From an uncultured virus (IMG/VR IMGVR_UViG_3300030330_001767) (taxonomy: Duplodnaviria > Heunggongvirae > Uroviricota > Caudoviricetes), in IMG/VR virus record IMGVR_UViG_3300030330_001767: 64,000 nt of DNA. One strand, given 5' to 3'. Position numbers and translations under genes: made by a program. Numbering within the stretch: the first letter of the stretch is position 1; each line of letters begins with the position of its first letter. Shown here piece by piece: positions 17,786 through 26,336 of the stretch. The notes under the pieces are model-generated. The model ran no database searches. It saw only the letters and a list, made by a program, of their open reading frames with translations, and was not told the DNA's origin.

Positions 17786-18012
17786 CTTGGTTTGAAGTTC
17801 TTAAGAGAAAAAAGAAGAAGGCTAGGCGAAGGAAAAAGAAGTCAAACGTCAATGCCGCAGGTAACTATACCAAACCCGGAATGAGAAAGAGGATGTTTCA
17901 GAGAATCAAAGCAGGTGGCAAGGGTGGCGCACCCGGCCAATGGTCTGCAAGAAAAGCACAGATGCTTGCTCAAAGGTATAAGAAAGCAGGTGGTGGCTAC
18001 CGTGACAAATAA
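17782..18012 (+). CDS. Small Lys/Arg-rich protein with W-tag
   Basis: MTWFEVLKRKKKK; GGKGGAPGQWSARKAQML. Confidence 0.8.
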   Translation: MTWFEVLKRKKKKARRRKKKSNVNAAGNYTKPGMRKRMFQRIKAGGKGGAPGQWSARKAQMLAQRYKKAGGGYRDK

Positions 18013-18277
18013 TTGGTTTGTAACTCTTAAAGCCAAAAAGAAAACTCAACAAGACCTAGCAACTTGGACAGATGAGGAATGGGGAAGTGCAGAACAACAC
18101 AGTGCTAAAGAAAAAGGGAAGAAAGTACCTTCCAAAACAAAAGGCAGATACATGCCAAAGTCTACTTACAAAAAAACTCCTAAGTCTAGGTTAAAGTATC
18201 AAGATAAAAAGAAAAAAGCAGGTCGTAGAAAAGGCAAGCAACATGTTCCAACAGGAAGGAAGTTCTCTCAGAAGTGA
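18002..18277 (+). CDS. Small Lys-rich protein with W-tag (GTG start)
   Basis: VTNNWFVTLKAK...WTDEEWG...GRYMPK. Confidence 0.7.
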   Translation: MTNNWFVTLKAKKKTQQDLATWTDEEWGSAEQHSAKEKGKKVPSKTKGRYMPKSTYKKTPKSRLKYQDKKKKAGRRKGKQHVPTGRKFSQK

Positions 18278-18282
18278 TTATC

Positions 18283-18705
18283 ATGCCAATTCGTAAAGTC
18301 AAAGGAGGATACAAGTGGGGCAAAAGTGGCAAGGTCTATCGTAGCCGTAAGGATGCTGAACGACAAGCAGCCGCCGCTTATGCTTCCGGCTACAAGAAGT
18401 CAGAAGATTGGTTTGACACTTTAAAGAGAGAAAAGCACCCTGCATTAAAGAGAGCAGGTGTTAGTGGTTTTAGTAAACCAAAGAGAACTCCTAAGCATCC
18501 TAAGAAATCACATGTAGTAGTTGTAAGAGATGGTAAGAAAGTCAAGACTATTCGATTCGGAGAACAAGGTGCTGATACAGTAACCGAAAAAAATCCGAAA
18601 GGAAAGAGGAAAAAGAAACAAGCATCATTCAAGGCTCGCCATGCTAAGAATATTAAGCGGGGGAAAATGTCTGCGGCGTATTGGGCTAACAAAGTAAAGT
18701 GGTAA
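18283..18705 (+). CDS. Lys/Arg-rich protein, two modules joined at a W-tag
   Basis: MPIRKVKGGYKWG...EDWFDTLKR...KTIRFG...SAAYWANKVKW. Confidence 0.8.
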   Translation: MPIRKVKGGYKWGKSGKVYRSRKDAERQAAAAYASGYKKSEDWFDTLKREKHPALKRAGVSGFSKPKRTPKHPKKSHVVVVRDGKKVKTIRFGEQGADTVTEKNPKGKRKKKQASFKARHAKNIKRGKMSAAYWANKVKW

Positions 18706-18707
18706 GC

Positions 18708-20366
18708 ATGGTAGAAGAAAAAAGAAGATTTAGTTTAACTAGTTTGTTTAGGCAAACTACGCCCAAACCCGCAGATAGAACAGTATACAATCCGGGTATA
18801 CAAGAAAGAGATAATTCATATCTTTTGACTAGTCCAATTATCTATCACATAGTATCTCAATCTACTATTGTTAGAACTTGCATTACTCAATTGAAACAAG
18901 AAATATTCAGAAGAGGTTATCACTGGCAATCTAAGTTTGCTCTAAAATGCAAAAATTGTGCTAAGGAACATGAAAGCACCGTAAAAGAGTGTGTTGATTG
19001 TGGAAGCACTGATTTGATTAAACCTGATATTGAACAACTAAAATACGCTAAAAAATTCTTAGATGGATATGTAAATTGCTCAGAGCAATTATTCATTGAT
19101 GTCCTAAAGGAACTTGAAGATGACTTGAATATTATGGATGACGCATATTTGGTAATGGTGAAAGAATACTATGCTGATAACAATTCCAAAGTTAGGATGC
19201 ACAGAATCAAGGAAGTATACAGAGGCGACCCAGTTACTATGCACATCTATGCGAATGATTTGGGAGAGAGAGGAAAAGCCGGATATACTTGTCTAAGACA
19301 TAGAAAAAGAATAAGTCAGAGTTCAACAGAACTTTGTGAGGTTTGTAATTCAGAACTCTATCCTGTTCATTATGTTAACAGAGTAAACGGTGAAGAACAA
19401 TACTTCGTGAAGGGAGAAGTTCTACATTTCAGTAAATACTCACCAAGTAGATTGTATGGTCTTTCACCAATAATCACTCTATGGAACAATGTTACAACAC
19501 TAATTGCTATGGAGAATTATGTCAACTCATCATACACTAAAGCAAGAATGCCGAAGGGACTTCTTGCAGTCCAAACAAGAAACATGGACTCAATGAAATC
19601 ATTTTGGCGTGGTGTTAAGGAAAAGATGGAGCAAGACCCACACTTCATACCTGTAATGGGAATAGAGGGAGAAGGTGGTAAAGGTTCTGTTGAATGGGTC
19701 AAGTTTATGGACAGTCTAAAGGAAATGGACTACATACAAGTTAAGGATGATTTGAGAGATAGAATTTCAGCATTCTATGGTGTAAGTAAAATCTTCATGG
19801 CAGACAACTCTGCTAGTGGCGGTTTGAACAATGAGGGTATGCAAGTATTAGTTACTAATAGGGCAGTAGAAATGGCTCAAACAATTTGGAATAATTATGT
19901 GTTCCCATTTATGTCAGAGGAGTTTGGAATAACTGATTGGTGTTTGAAACTACCACCATCCGAAGAAGAGGATGAGATTGCAGTTCTACGTAAAAGAGAG
20001 ATAGAAGTGAATGTCGCTGCTGCGATTAAGAACTTAGGATTTGAAGTAGATATGGATGATGAAGGTGGGTTCATCTACACAAAACCTGAACCTAAAGAAT
20101 CAACAGAAGGAGAAGGTGAAGAAGATAGCGAAGAAATTGAATTAGACCCATATGCCGGAACTGATATTGATGCCTCTCAAATGGGACAAATGCAAGAACA
20201 AATGATGATGGGAGGAAATAAGTCTGAGAGCAAACCTCAAGAAAACCCCCCCGCTACGAGAAACAAACCATCTATGGCTACTGGCCCAGATAAAAGATTT
20301 ACAGGATTACCAAGAGAAGCCGGAAATGAGAATGTTGACGAAAGAACAGAGAGGAGAGTAGGATGA
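18708..20366 (+). CDS. Portal protein with Zn-ribbon insertions
   Basis: Size and position. EVLHFSKYSPSRLYGLSP, D+DYIQ..DDLRDRISAFYGVS (HK97-like portal pattern). CKNC/CVDC and CLRH/CEVC. Confidence 0.85.
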   Translation: MVEEKRRFSLTSLFRQTTPKPADRTVYNPGIQERDNSYLLTSPIIYHIVSQSTIVRTCITQLKQEIFRRGYHWQSKFALKCKNCAKEHESTVKECVDCGSTDLIKPDIEQLKYAKKFLDGYVNCSEQLFIDVLKELEDDLNIMDDAYLVMVKEYYADNNSKVRMHRIKEVYRGDPVTMHIYANDLGERGKAGYTCLRHRKRISQSSTELCEVCNSELYPVHYVNRVNGEEQYFVKGEVLHFSKYSPSRLYGLSPIITLWNNVTTLIAMENYVNSSYTKARMPKGLLAVQTRNMDSMKSFWRGVKEKMEQDPHFIPVMGIEGEGGKGSVEWVKFMDSLKEMDYIQVKDDLRDRISAFYGVSKIFMADNSASGGLNNEGMQVLVTNRAVEMAQTIWNNYVFPFMSEEFGITDWCLKLPPSEEEDEIAVLRKREIEVNVAAAIKNLGFEVDMDDEGGFIYTKPEPKESTEGEGEEDSEEIELDPYAGTDIDASQMGQMQEQMMMGGNKSESKPQENPPATRNKPSMATGPDKRFTGLPREAGNENVDERTERRVG

Positions 20367-20479
20367 GTTGGTTTGACGTAATAAAAAAATTAAAAGGAAA
20401 GCAAAAGGAACTAGATGTTGATGACGATGGAGACATTGATGGAGATGACTTCAAAGAATTAAGGGAGGGTAAAGAATGA
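20363..20479 (+). CDS. 38-aa EF-hand-loop microprotein with W-tag
   Basis: Hand-translated MSWFDVIKKLKGKQKELDVDDDGDIDGDDFKELREGKE; ATGA-coupled on both sides. Confidence 0.8.
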   Translation: MSWFDVIKKLKGKQKELDVDDDGDIDGDDFKELREGKE

Positions 20480-20769
20480 GTTGGCAAGATATACTAAAAA
20501 ATGAACTAAATGTAAAAACATTGGAAGAGATAGCGAGTGAATTGGATAAAGCAGTAGAAACACACGCTTCCCAAGCGAAGAGAATTAGAGAGTTAATTGC
20601 ACAACACAATAAGGGCGCACCTACAAGAATGCAAGCACCACAATACATAACCAATAGGCCAAGAGTCCCAACAATTCCACAACCAAGAGATTACACTGCG
20701 GGAGATAGAGCATTGATGAGGAGAGCAAAAAACAATCTCGATGAAGAAAAAAGGAGGAAAAATCAATGA
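20476..20769 (+). CDS. Hypothetical protein with W-tag
   Basis: MSWQDILK. Confidence 0.8.
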   Translation: MSWQDILKNELNVKTLEEIASELDKAVETHASQAKRIRELIAQHNKGAPTRMQAPQYITNRPRVPTIPQPRDYTAGDRALMRRAKNNLDEEKRRKNQ

Positions 20770-20990
20770 GTGAAAAAACCGTAAGAGAACTTGAAAGAGA
20801 ACTAAAGGCAGCGAGAGTTAGAGAAAGAAAAGAGCATACTGATAAGGTAACTGTTAGTAGAGACTATTCTATTGGTGGTATTGATAGAGATACCACAGTA
20901 GAAAAGAAAAGTCCTGAATCTGCTGATATTCCTGATGCTATTTTGTTACCTAAGAATAAGAGAAACAGAAGAGAAAACATACCTTTCTGA
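20766..20990 (+). CDS. Hypothetical protein
   Basis: GGAGG RBS, 74 aa. Confidence 0.75.
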   Translation: MSEKTVRELERELKAARVRERKEHTDKVTVSRDYSIGGIDRDTTVEKKSPESADIPDAILLPKNKRNRRENIPF

Positions 20991-20999
20991 GTTGATTAC

Positions 21000-22808
21000 A
21001 TGACATGGACTAGCATTCTCAAGAGAAGCGAAATCCATGCTGATGTTATGTGGGCTTACAATCAAGCACAAAAAAAAGACTCGACAAAGTTTCCTATTGC
21101 AGATTTGCGTGAGGCGCATCGTGCATTAGATGATGCCGCAGAAAAAGATGCAGAAGAAAGGGATAAGTCAGAGGCTAAGGTTACAAATATTCTGAGTAGG
21201 GGTTTCTTTTCTAACTCAAGAGATAGATTAACTCCTGTTGAGTTTGAGAAGGACAAGAGAAAGTTCATCAACAGAATAAACAGTTTGGAAAGATTGCTAA
21301 ACAAAAGAAGTAAAGAATCCATGAAACTCCCCGAAGGGCAGACATTGAACATAAGAGATTTAGATGCTCTAAGAGAAGAAAACTCTCTGTTGGAATTATT
21401 ATTTGAGGGAGAGAAAAAAGTTCTAGTTAAACTAAAAACGGCTTTAGGTGAAAGAAAAGATGCTGCGATTGACTTCGCAGAAAAACTCTATGATGCAATG
21501 GAATCATGGGACAGATATGGAGATAACACTCGCAGTAGAAATCTTGTTGACGACTTAAGACCACGCCTTGCATCGGGAGCAAAGAACTTACAAGCATATT
21601 TGTTAGAAGGGAAGGGTAGAATTAGAACTGAGGTTTCTTCCTTATTCCATGAAAAAGATGCCAAGTTTGATGAAGAAAGTAAAACTTGGAGTCCTCTTAA
21701 GGTATACCCAAAGGGAAACACTTCCTTAGAACTACTTGAGAAAATATACTCCTATCTTAGAATACCAATAAAAATATCAGGAGAAGATGAAGCCGGAGAA
21801 AAGGCAATACGAAGTTATTTCTCATTAGATGTAGATGAGTTTGTAGATGAGATTCACGATATGATAGGTAGTGATGACCCAAAGATTCATGCTAAACTAT
21901 TTTTCAATAAGGATGATGTTTTGAGGAAGATATACAGAATAGTTCCTGAAATTATACAGATTGCAGAAGAAAAAATGGATGACAAAGAAAAGGGAGAGTT
22001 GTTGACTAAACACTTTGACGTGTTAGAATATTTGATTAGGATTAATTCTTTGACTGGTGATTACAGTAGACTAAAAGAAAACAGGTTGGACAAAGTAAAA
22101 CGATTTGCTCATATGCGGAAGGGCAAAAGAAATCTCAGCATGAATAGAAACTTCCCAATGCTAGAAGATGCCTATGAAGAATATGAGGCGAACCCAAGTG
22201 AGTATCATACAAGTGGTAGAAAGAAACAACGTACACCTCCTAAACTTCAAAGTAAAAGATTGGTTTTGAGAAACCCATCTCTACCATCACGGTATCAAGG
22301 GCCACGAACTAAAGAAGAAGTAGAGAGAGATGTCAGTAACTTTACCACATTTTCAAGAAAAATACAGGAGATAAAACCTAAACTAACTTCAGGTGAATTA
22401 GAACGTAAGACTTTAGTTGGTATGAAAAGAACATTAGATTCATTCAAGGAAAAGATGGAGAAGCACGATTTGCTTTTAGAAGATACACTTGATGTTATGG
22501 GTATAGAGGGCATTGAGAATGAAGATGACTTGGATGAAGCCATAAACAAATACAAGGAAATGCTACAACGAATAAAATCGGAAAGAACAGATGATGGTAA
22601 AATCATCGGTGAAGATGGAGAAGAATATGACGCTGATGAATTAATTGAATCCTATGAAGATTATTTGGAATACCTAAATGTTCTAAGTGCAATACCACGT
22701 TTGAGAGAAGTAATCCCTCGATTAGAAACTATTTTACAAAACGTAAAACTTGAGGAACAATCATTAGATGAACCTTCATCTGATGATGCGGAGGAGGAGT
22801 CTGCATGA
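21000..22808 (+). CDS. Large charged helical hypothetical protein with W-tag
   Basis: 602 aa; MTWTSILKR. Confidence 0.85.
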   Translation: MTWTSILKRSEIHADVMWAYNQAQKKDSTKFPIADLREAHRALDDAAEKDAEERDKSEAKVTNILSRGFFSNSRDRLTPVEFEKDKRKFINRINSLERLLNKRSKESMKLPEGQTLNIRDLDALREENSLLELLFEGEKKVLVKLKTALGERKDAAIDFAEKLYDAMESWDRYGDNTRSRNLVDDLRPRLASGAKNLQAYLLEGKGRIRTEVSSLFHEKDAKFDEESKTWSPLKVYPKGNTSLELLEKIYSYLRIPIKISGEDEAGEKAIRSYFSLDVDEFVDEIHDMIGSDDPKIHAKLFFNKDDVLRKIYRIVPEIIQIAEEKMDDKEKGELLTKHFDVLEYLIRINSLTGDYSRLKENRLDKVKRFAHMRKGKRNLSMNRNFPMLEDAYEEYEANPSEYHTSGRKKQRTPPKLQSKRLVLRNPSLPSRYQGPRTKEEVERDVSNFTTFSRKIQEIKPKLTSGELERKTLVGMKRTLDSFKEKMEKHDLLLEDTLDVMGIEGIENEDDLDEAINKYKEMLQRIKSERTDDGKIIGEDGEEYDADELIESYEDYLEYLNVLSAIPRLREVIPRLETILQNVKLEEQSLDEPSSDDAEEESA

Positions 22809-23149
22809 GTTGGCAAGATGTGCTAAAAGATGAAGGATTCTACTTCTCTCCCATCTTCATTGAGAAACTTGATGGTAAGCAGAAAAAGAAGTTGAAGAAA
22901 CTTATACAGAAGGCTCAACCAACAAACATGATGGGTCAGGATATGACTCAACTTTCAGATATAATCGAAGAACTGAAAGACATGGATTTAGTAAAGTCTG
23001 ATAAAAAACTAAGTAAAACCGTAGAAGGTTTTGATGAAAAGAACTTGGAGATTCTCGCCTCTGCCTCTGAGTTGAGAAAGGACTACGAAACACTATTCAC
23101 ACAACTAAGAAAAATGGTTTATCCACCATCAAAGAAAGGTAAGCAGTGA
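22805..23149 (+). CDS. Hypothetical protein with W-tag
   Basis: MSWQDVLK. Confidence 0.8.
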   Translation: MSWQDVLKDEGFYFSPIFIEKLDGKQKKKLKKLIQKAQPTNMMGQDMTQLSDIIEELKDMDLVKSDKKLSKTVEGFDEKNLEILASASELRKDYETLFTQLRKMVYPPSKKGKQ

Positions 23150-23153
23150 TACA

Positions 23154-23234
23154 ATGAATTGGAAAAATGAACTAAGAGTGCGGATTAAAGAAAGTTTATC
23201 TAAAATGTATGAGGAGGAAGCAAGCAATGAGTGA
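23154..23234 (+). CDS. Possible 26-aa microprotein MNWKNELRVRIKESLSKMYEEEASNE
   Basis: Hand-translated; fills the gap between genes; tag-like N-terminus. Confidence 0.45.
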   Translation: MNWKNELRVRIKESLSKMYEEEASNE

Positions 23235-23448
23235 CGAGATGTTGATGTTGATGAAAGAATTGGTAGACAAAGTGAAAGCCTTAGAGCAAGCAGTCTACAA
23301 CAAAGATAACCTGTTAATGAAATCAGGATTTGTCGTTTACGAATCACCTACACCTACAATGGACAGTAAGGATGTTGCAGGTAGTAGTACGATAAAGAAG
23401 AGTATGGATTGGGAAGACATACACGAATTAGTCAAACAAATGGAGTGA
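23227..23448 (+). CDS. Small coiled-coil protein ending in MDWEDIHELVK
   Basis: GAGGAGG RBS; C-terminus matches the scaffold C-terminus MSWEDIHAL. Confidence 0.8.
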   Translation: MSDEMLMLMKELVDKVKALEQAVYNKDNLLMKSGFVVYESPTPTMDSKDVAGSSTIKKSMDWEDIHELVKQME

Positions 23449-23453
23449 ATAAT

Positions 23454-23672
23454 ATGCCGGAGAGAGTAACAAGAGAAGAGAAAGTAGTCGAGTTGGCTAT
23501 TGCCAAAGCAAAAGAAGTGCTACAAGAAGCAAAGCATCTTGGACAGTTAGAGTTGGATGAGCCTCTTACTGGTGAAGAAGTCAAAGTAAAAAGACCAAAG
23601 AAGAATCCTTCGGAAGAACCTTTACCAAAAACAAGTAATGTTGAAGGAAAAGAAGATAAGTTAAATGACTGA
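23454..23672 (+). CDS. Hypothetical protein
   Basis: GGAGTGA RBS. Confidence 0.7.
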   Translation: MPERVTREEKVVELAIAKAKEVLQEAKHLGQLELDEPLTGEEVKVKRPKKNPSEEPLPKTSNVEGKEDKLND

Positions 23673-23699
23673 ATCCCTACGAAAGACGTGAGGGGTCAG

Positions 23700-26291
23700 A
23701 TGCCGCAAACAGGATTAGAGTTTGAAAAAGAAACAAGTGGCCTAACAAAACAGGTCTTAGATTTTTTTGAGAAGGTTCGCTACTCCTATCTTTCAGCAAG
23801 AGAAAATCCCGATGATTATGGGGATGCTTGGAAGAAAACAGTCAAGGATATCAGAGAACAATTAGATTCTCTTGATGATTTCAGCAATGAATTGAAAACT
23901 TATGTCAAAGAAGACGTGGCTCAATCTGATGAGGCATACAACCCAAAATCAAGACAAGCAAAAGAATTGTATGAATCGGTAAAGGAACTCAGGTTCAAAT
24001 CCGAAAAGGTCAGTGACCCGTTTTCAAAACAACTTGGTGATAATGTAATACCTAAGTTGTTGAAGAATGAAGCATTGTTTGCTTATTTTATTCACTATGC
24101 TTTACGCTCTCATGCAAATGCTTTACCTGAAAAGGCATGGAAAGCGGTAGAACTCAAACCCGATAAGATAACTCAAAATGTAATGGGTTTGGATTTAGAG
24201 CCAAAGGACATTCCATTATACATCATAGAACATTATGGTGGAGAAGAGGAAGACACAAGAAGAGTGGAAAGTAAGTTCAAGGGGGCTTACAAATTATTAG
24301 AGAAGGTGTATGCTTCTCAATATGATGAAGATAAGTGGGATAATCTCGTTGAGTTAGATATTGCAAAGAGTGAACAAAAACAAGAAATTGACTTTATCGT
24401 TCCCAACAAACCAATGTATAGAATTTTTGAAATAGATGATATGAAAGAAATCAAAGGTCTTACTGGTGAATATATTGTTCAAGAAAAATATGATGGTATG
24501 AGAATACAACTTCACAAGTTCAATGGTAAAGTCAGAATATACTCTTTCAATGAAAAGGACATTACAGATAAGTGTCCAAAACAAGTTAAACAACTGGAAA
24601 AGAAAATGTTCAATGATTGTATATTGGATGGGGAACTCATGTTGTTCGATGGTGATGAACCATTACATAGAGCAGATACAATAGCCCATGTTTTCAAGAA
24701 TAAAAAGGGTGGTGAACTAAGGGCACACGTCTTTGATATTATGGTTCATGAAGGAAAGAACATTTCTGATGAAACTCTACGAGAAAGAAATAATATTCTT
24801 TTGTATCAGTATGCTCAACATTCGTCTGAGGACTTAGCGTTCCCATCTAAGAAGGATACAAGAATCGCTGATTCCATAAAAGAAGTAGAATCCTATGCTA
24901 AAGAAATAATGCAGTTACCTGCATCAGAAGGTGTGGTAATCAAAGATATAGAATCAACATATTACATTGGAGTTAAGAAAAATCCTAAGTGGATTAAGTG
25001 GAAGAAGTTCATTGATTTGGATGTTGTAGTTTTAGATGATAAGAAAACAAAGAGCAATCTACATTCCTACACAATGGGAGTTGGGCCAGTTAATGCTGAA
25101 ACTGCGAGGAACTACAAGACTGTTGAGTTTGAAGATAAAGACTACTTAGAAGTGGGTAAGGCTCTCAACACAAAACAATCAGTAAAAATTGGTAGTATTG
25201 TTAGAGTAAAAGTTGATGAAGTTAAGAAAGGTAAAGATGGGTTCAAACTATTTTCTGCTAAAGTTATAGAGATACCCGAAGTAACCCAATCAGATACGGT
25301 TGAAACATTAGAGCAACTAGCAAGTAAAACAAAGAAATCTCTTACTGCAATTGGATATACATTTGGAGATAAGGTAGGTGGGATGTTTGAAGTCACATCA
25401 GGATTAGAGAACCCAAGAGGTCAGAAAAGGAAAGATGTCAAGAAAGGATATTACATTACAGACCACATACATGGAACTGCTGAGATTATTCTAAAAGAGG
25501 ATATGAATGGTTTCACAATCTATGGTTTTGAAGGAGATTCTCTTATGCAGAAGAATGCTCTATACAACATAGACTTGTGGAAAGAGCAAGTAATTAGTAT
25601 AATGAAAGGGAAACGTTCTACTTTTAGATTGGCTATTCGTAATGAAATATTAGAGAGTGGTAGAGATAATCTAAGGTTTGAACAGATATTAGATTATGTT
25701 AAGGACAAACATCAAGGAACTTTTCAAGACTTATTCGATTCTGATGAAGGAAGGTTAATGTCTTGGATGAAACAACAAGAAGATTTAGTTTACCTTCATC
25801 CTAACAAGTTTACTGCAAGAGAAGATATACTGGAAAAAGATGTTGAAGAATTACAAAAGGAAGAAACAGGTAAGTATACAATTAATCTTAGAGAAGATGA
25901 TAATGTAGATTTAATCATAGAATACAAAGACGAGCGTATGGGTTGGACTATTGATATTGAAGAGTCAGAAGACATATACGAATTGTTTGGTAAGTCAGGT
26001 AAGTATCCGGCTATTGTAATGAAGAATGCAGGTGAGCCTAAGAAAGTATTGGATAAAGGCAGTATAGAATTAGGTATTCAAAAAGATGGATACCATGAAT
26101 ATAGATTAGATGGAGATAAGTTCCAAACAAGAATGCACTTTAGAGTAGTTCCGTTAGATGAACAAAAGAGTTGGATAGCATGGACAGGAAAAAAACAAGA
26201 AATGTTAGACGATGAAGAGAACCCAAATAAATGGAATCTGAATGAAGATTCTTATGCTCAATTACCCTTCCCTTCGGATAAAAAAGAGTAA
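23700..26291 (+). CDS. lig: ATP-dependent DNA ligase with N- and C-terminal extensions
   Basis: Motif I QEKYDGMR, III ILDGEL, IIIa HVFDIM, IV EGVVIK, V WIKWKK, then an OB-fold region. Confidence 0.9.
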   Translation: MPQTGLEFEKETSGLTKQVLDFFEKVRYSYLSARENPDDYGDAWKKTVKDIREQLDSLDDFSNELKTYVKEDVAQSDEAYNPKSRQAKELYESVKELRFKSEKVSDPFSKQLGDNVIPKLLKNEALFAYFIHYALRSHANALPEKAWKAVELKPDKITQNVMGLDLEPKDIPLYIIEHYGGEEEDTRRVESKFKGAYKLLEKVYASQYDEDKWDNLVELDIAKSEQKQEIDFIVPNKPMYRIFEIDDMKEIKGLTGEYIVQEKYDGMRIQLHKFNGKVRIYSFNEKDITDKCPKQVKQLEKKMFNDCILDGELMLFDGDEPLHRADTIAHVFKNKKGGELRAHVFDIMVHEGKNISDETLRERNNILLYQYAQHSSEDLAFPSKKDTRIADSIKEVESYAKEIMQLPASEGVVIKDIESTYYIGVKKNPKWIKWKKFIDLDVVVLDDKKTKSNLHSYTMGVGPVNAETARNYKTVEFEDKDYLEVGKALNTKQSVKIGSIVRVKVDEVKKGKDGFKLFSAKVIEIPEVTQSDTVETLEQLASKTKKSLTAIGYTFGDKVGGMFEVTSGLENPRGQKRKDVKKGYYITDHIHGTAEIILKEDMNGFTIYGFEGDSLMQKNALYNIDLWKEQVISIMKGKRSTFRLAIRNEILESGRDNLRFEQILDYVKDKHQGTFQDLFDSDEGRLMSWMKQQEDLVYLHPNKFTAREDILEKDVEELQKEETGKYTINLREDDNVDLIIEYKDERMGWTIDIEESEDIYELFGKSGKYPAIVMKNAGEPKKVLDKGSIELGIQKDGYHEYRLDGDKFQTRMHFRVVPLDEQKSWIAWTGKKQEMLDDEENPNKWNLNEDSYAQLPFPSDKKE

Positions 26292-26336
26292 TTATTGCTA
26301 TTACTTCATATAGTAAGAGTGTAAAACCTACCGATA

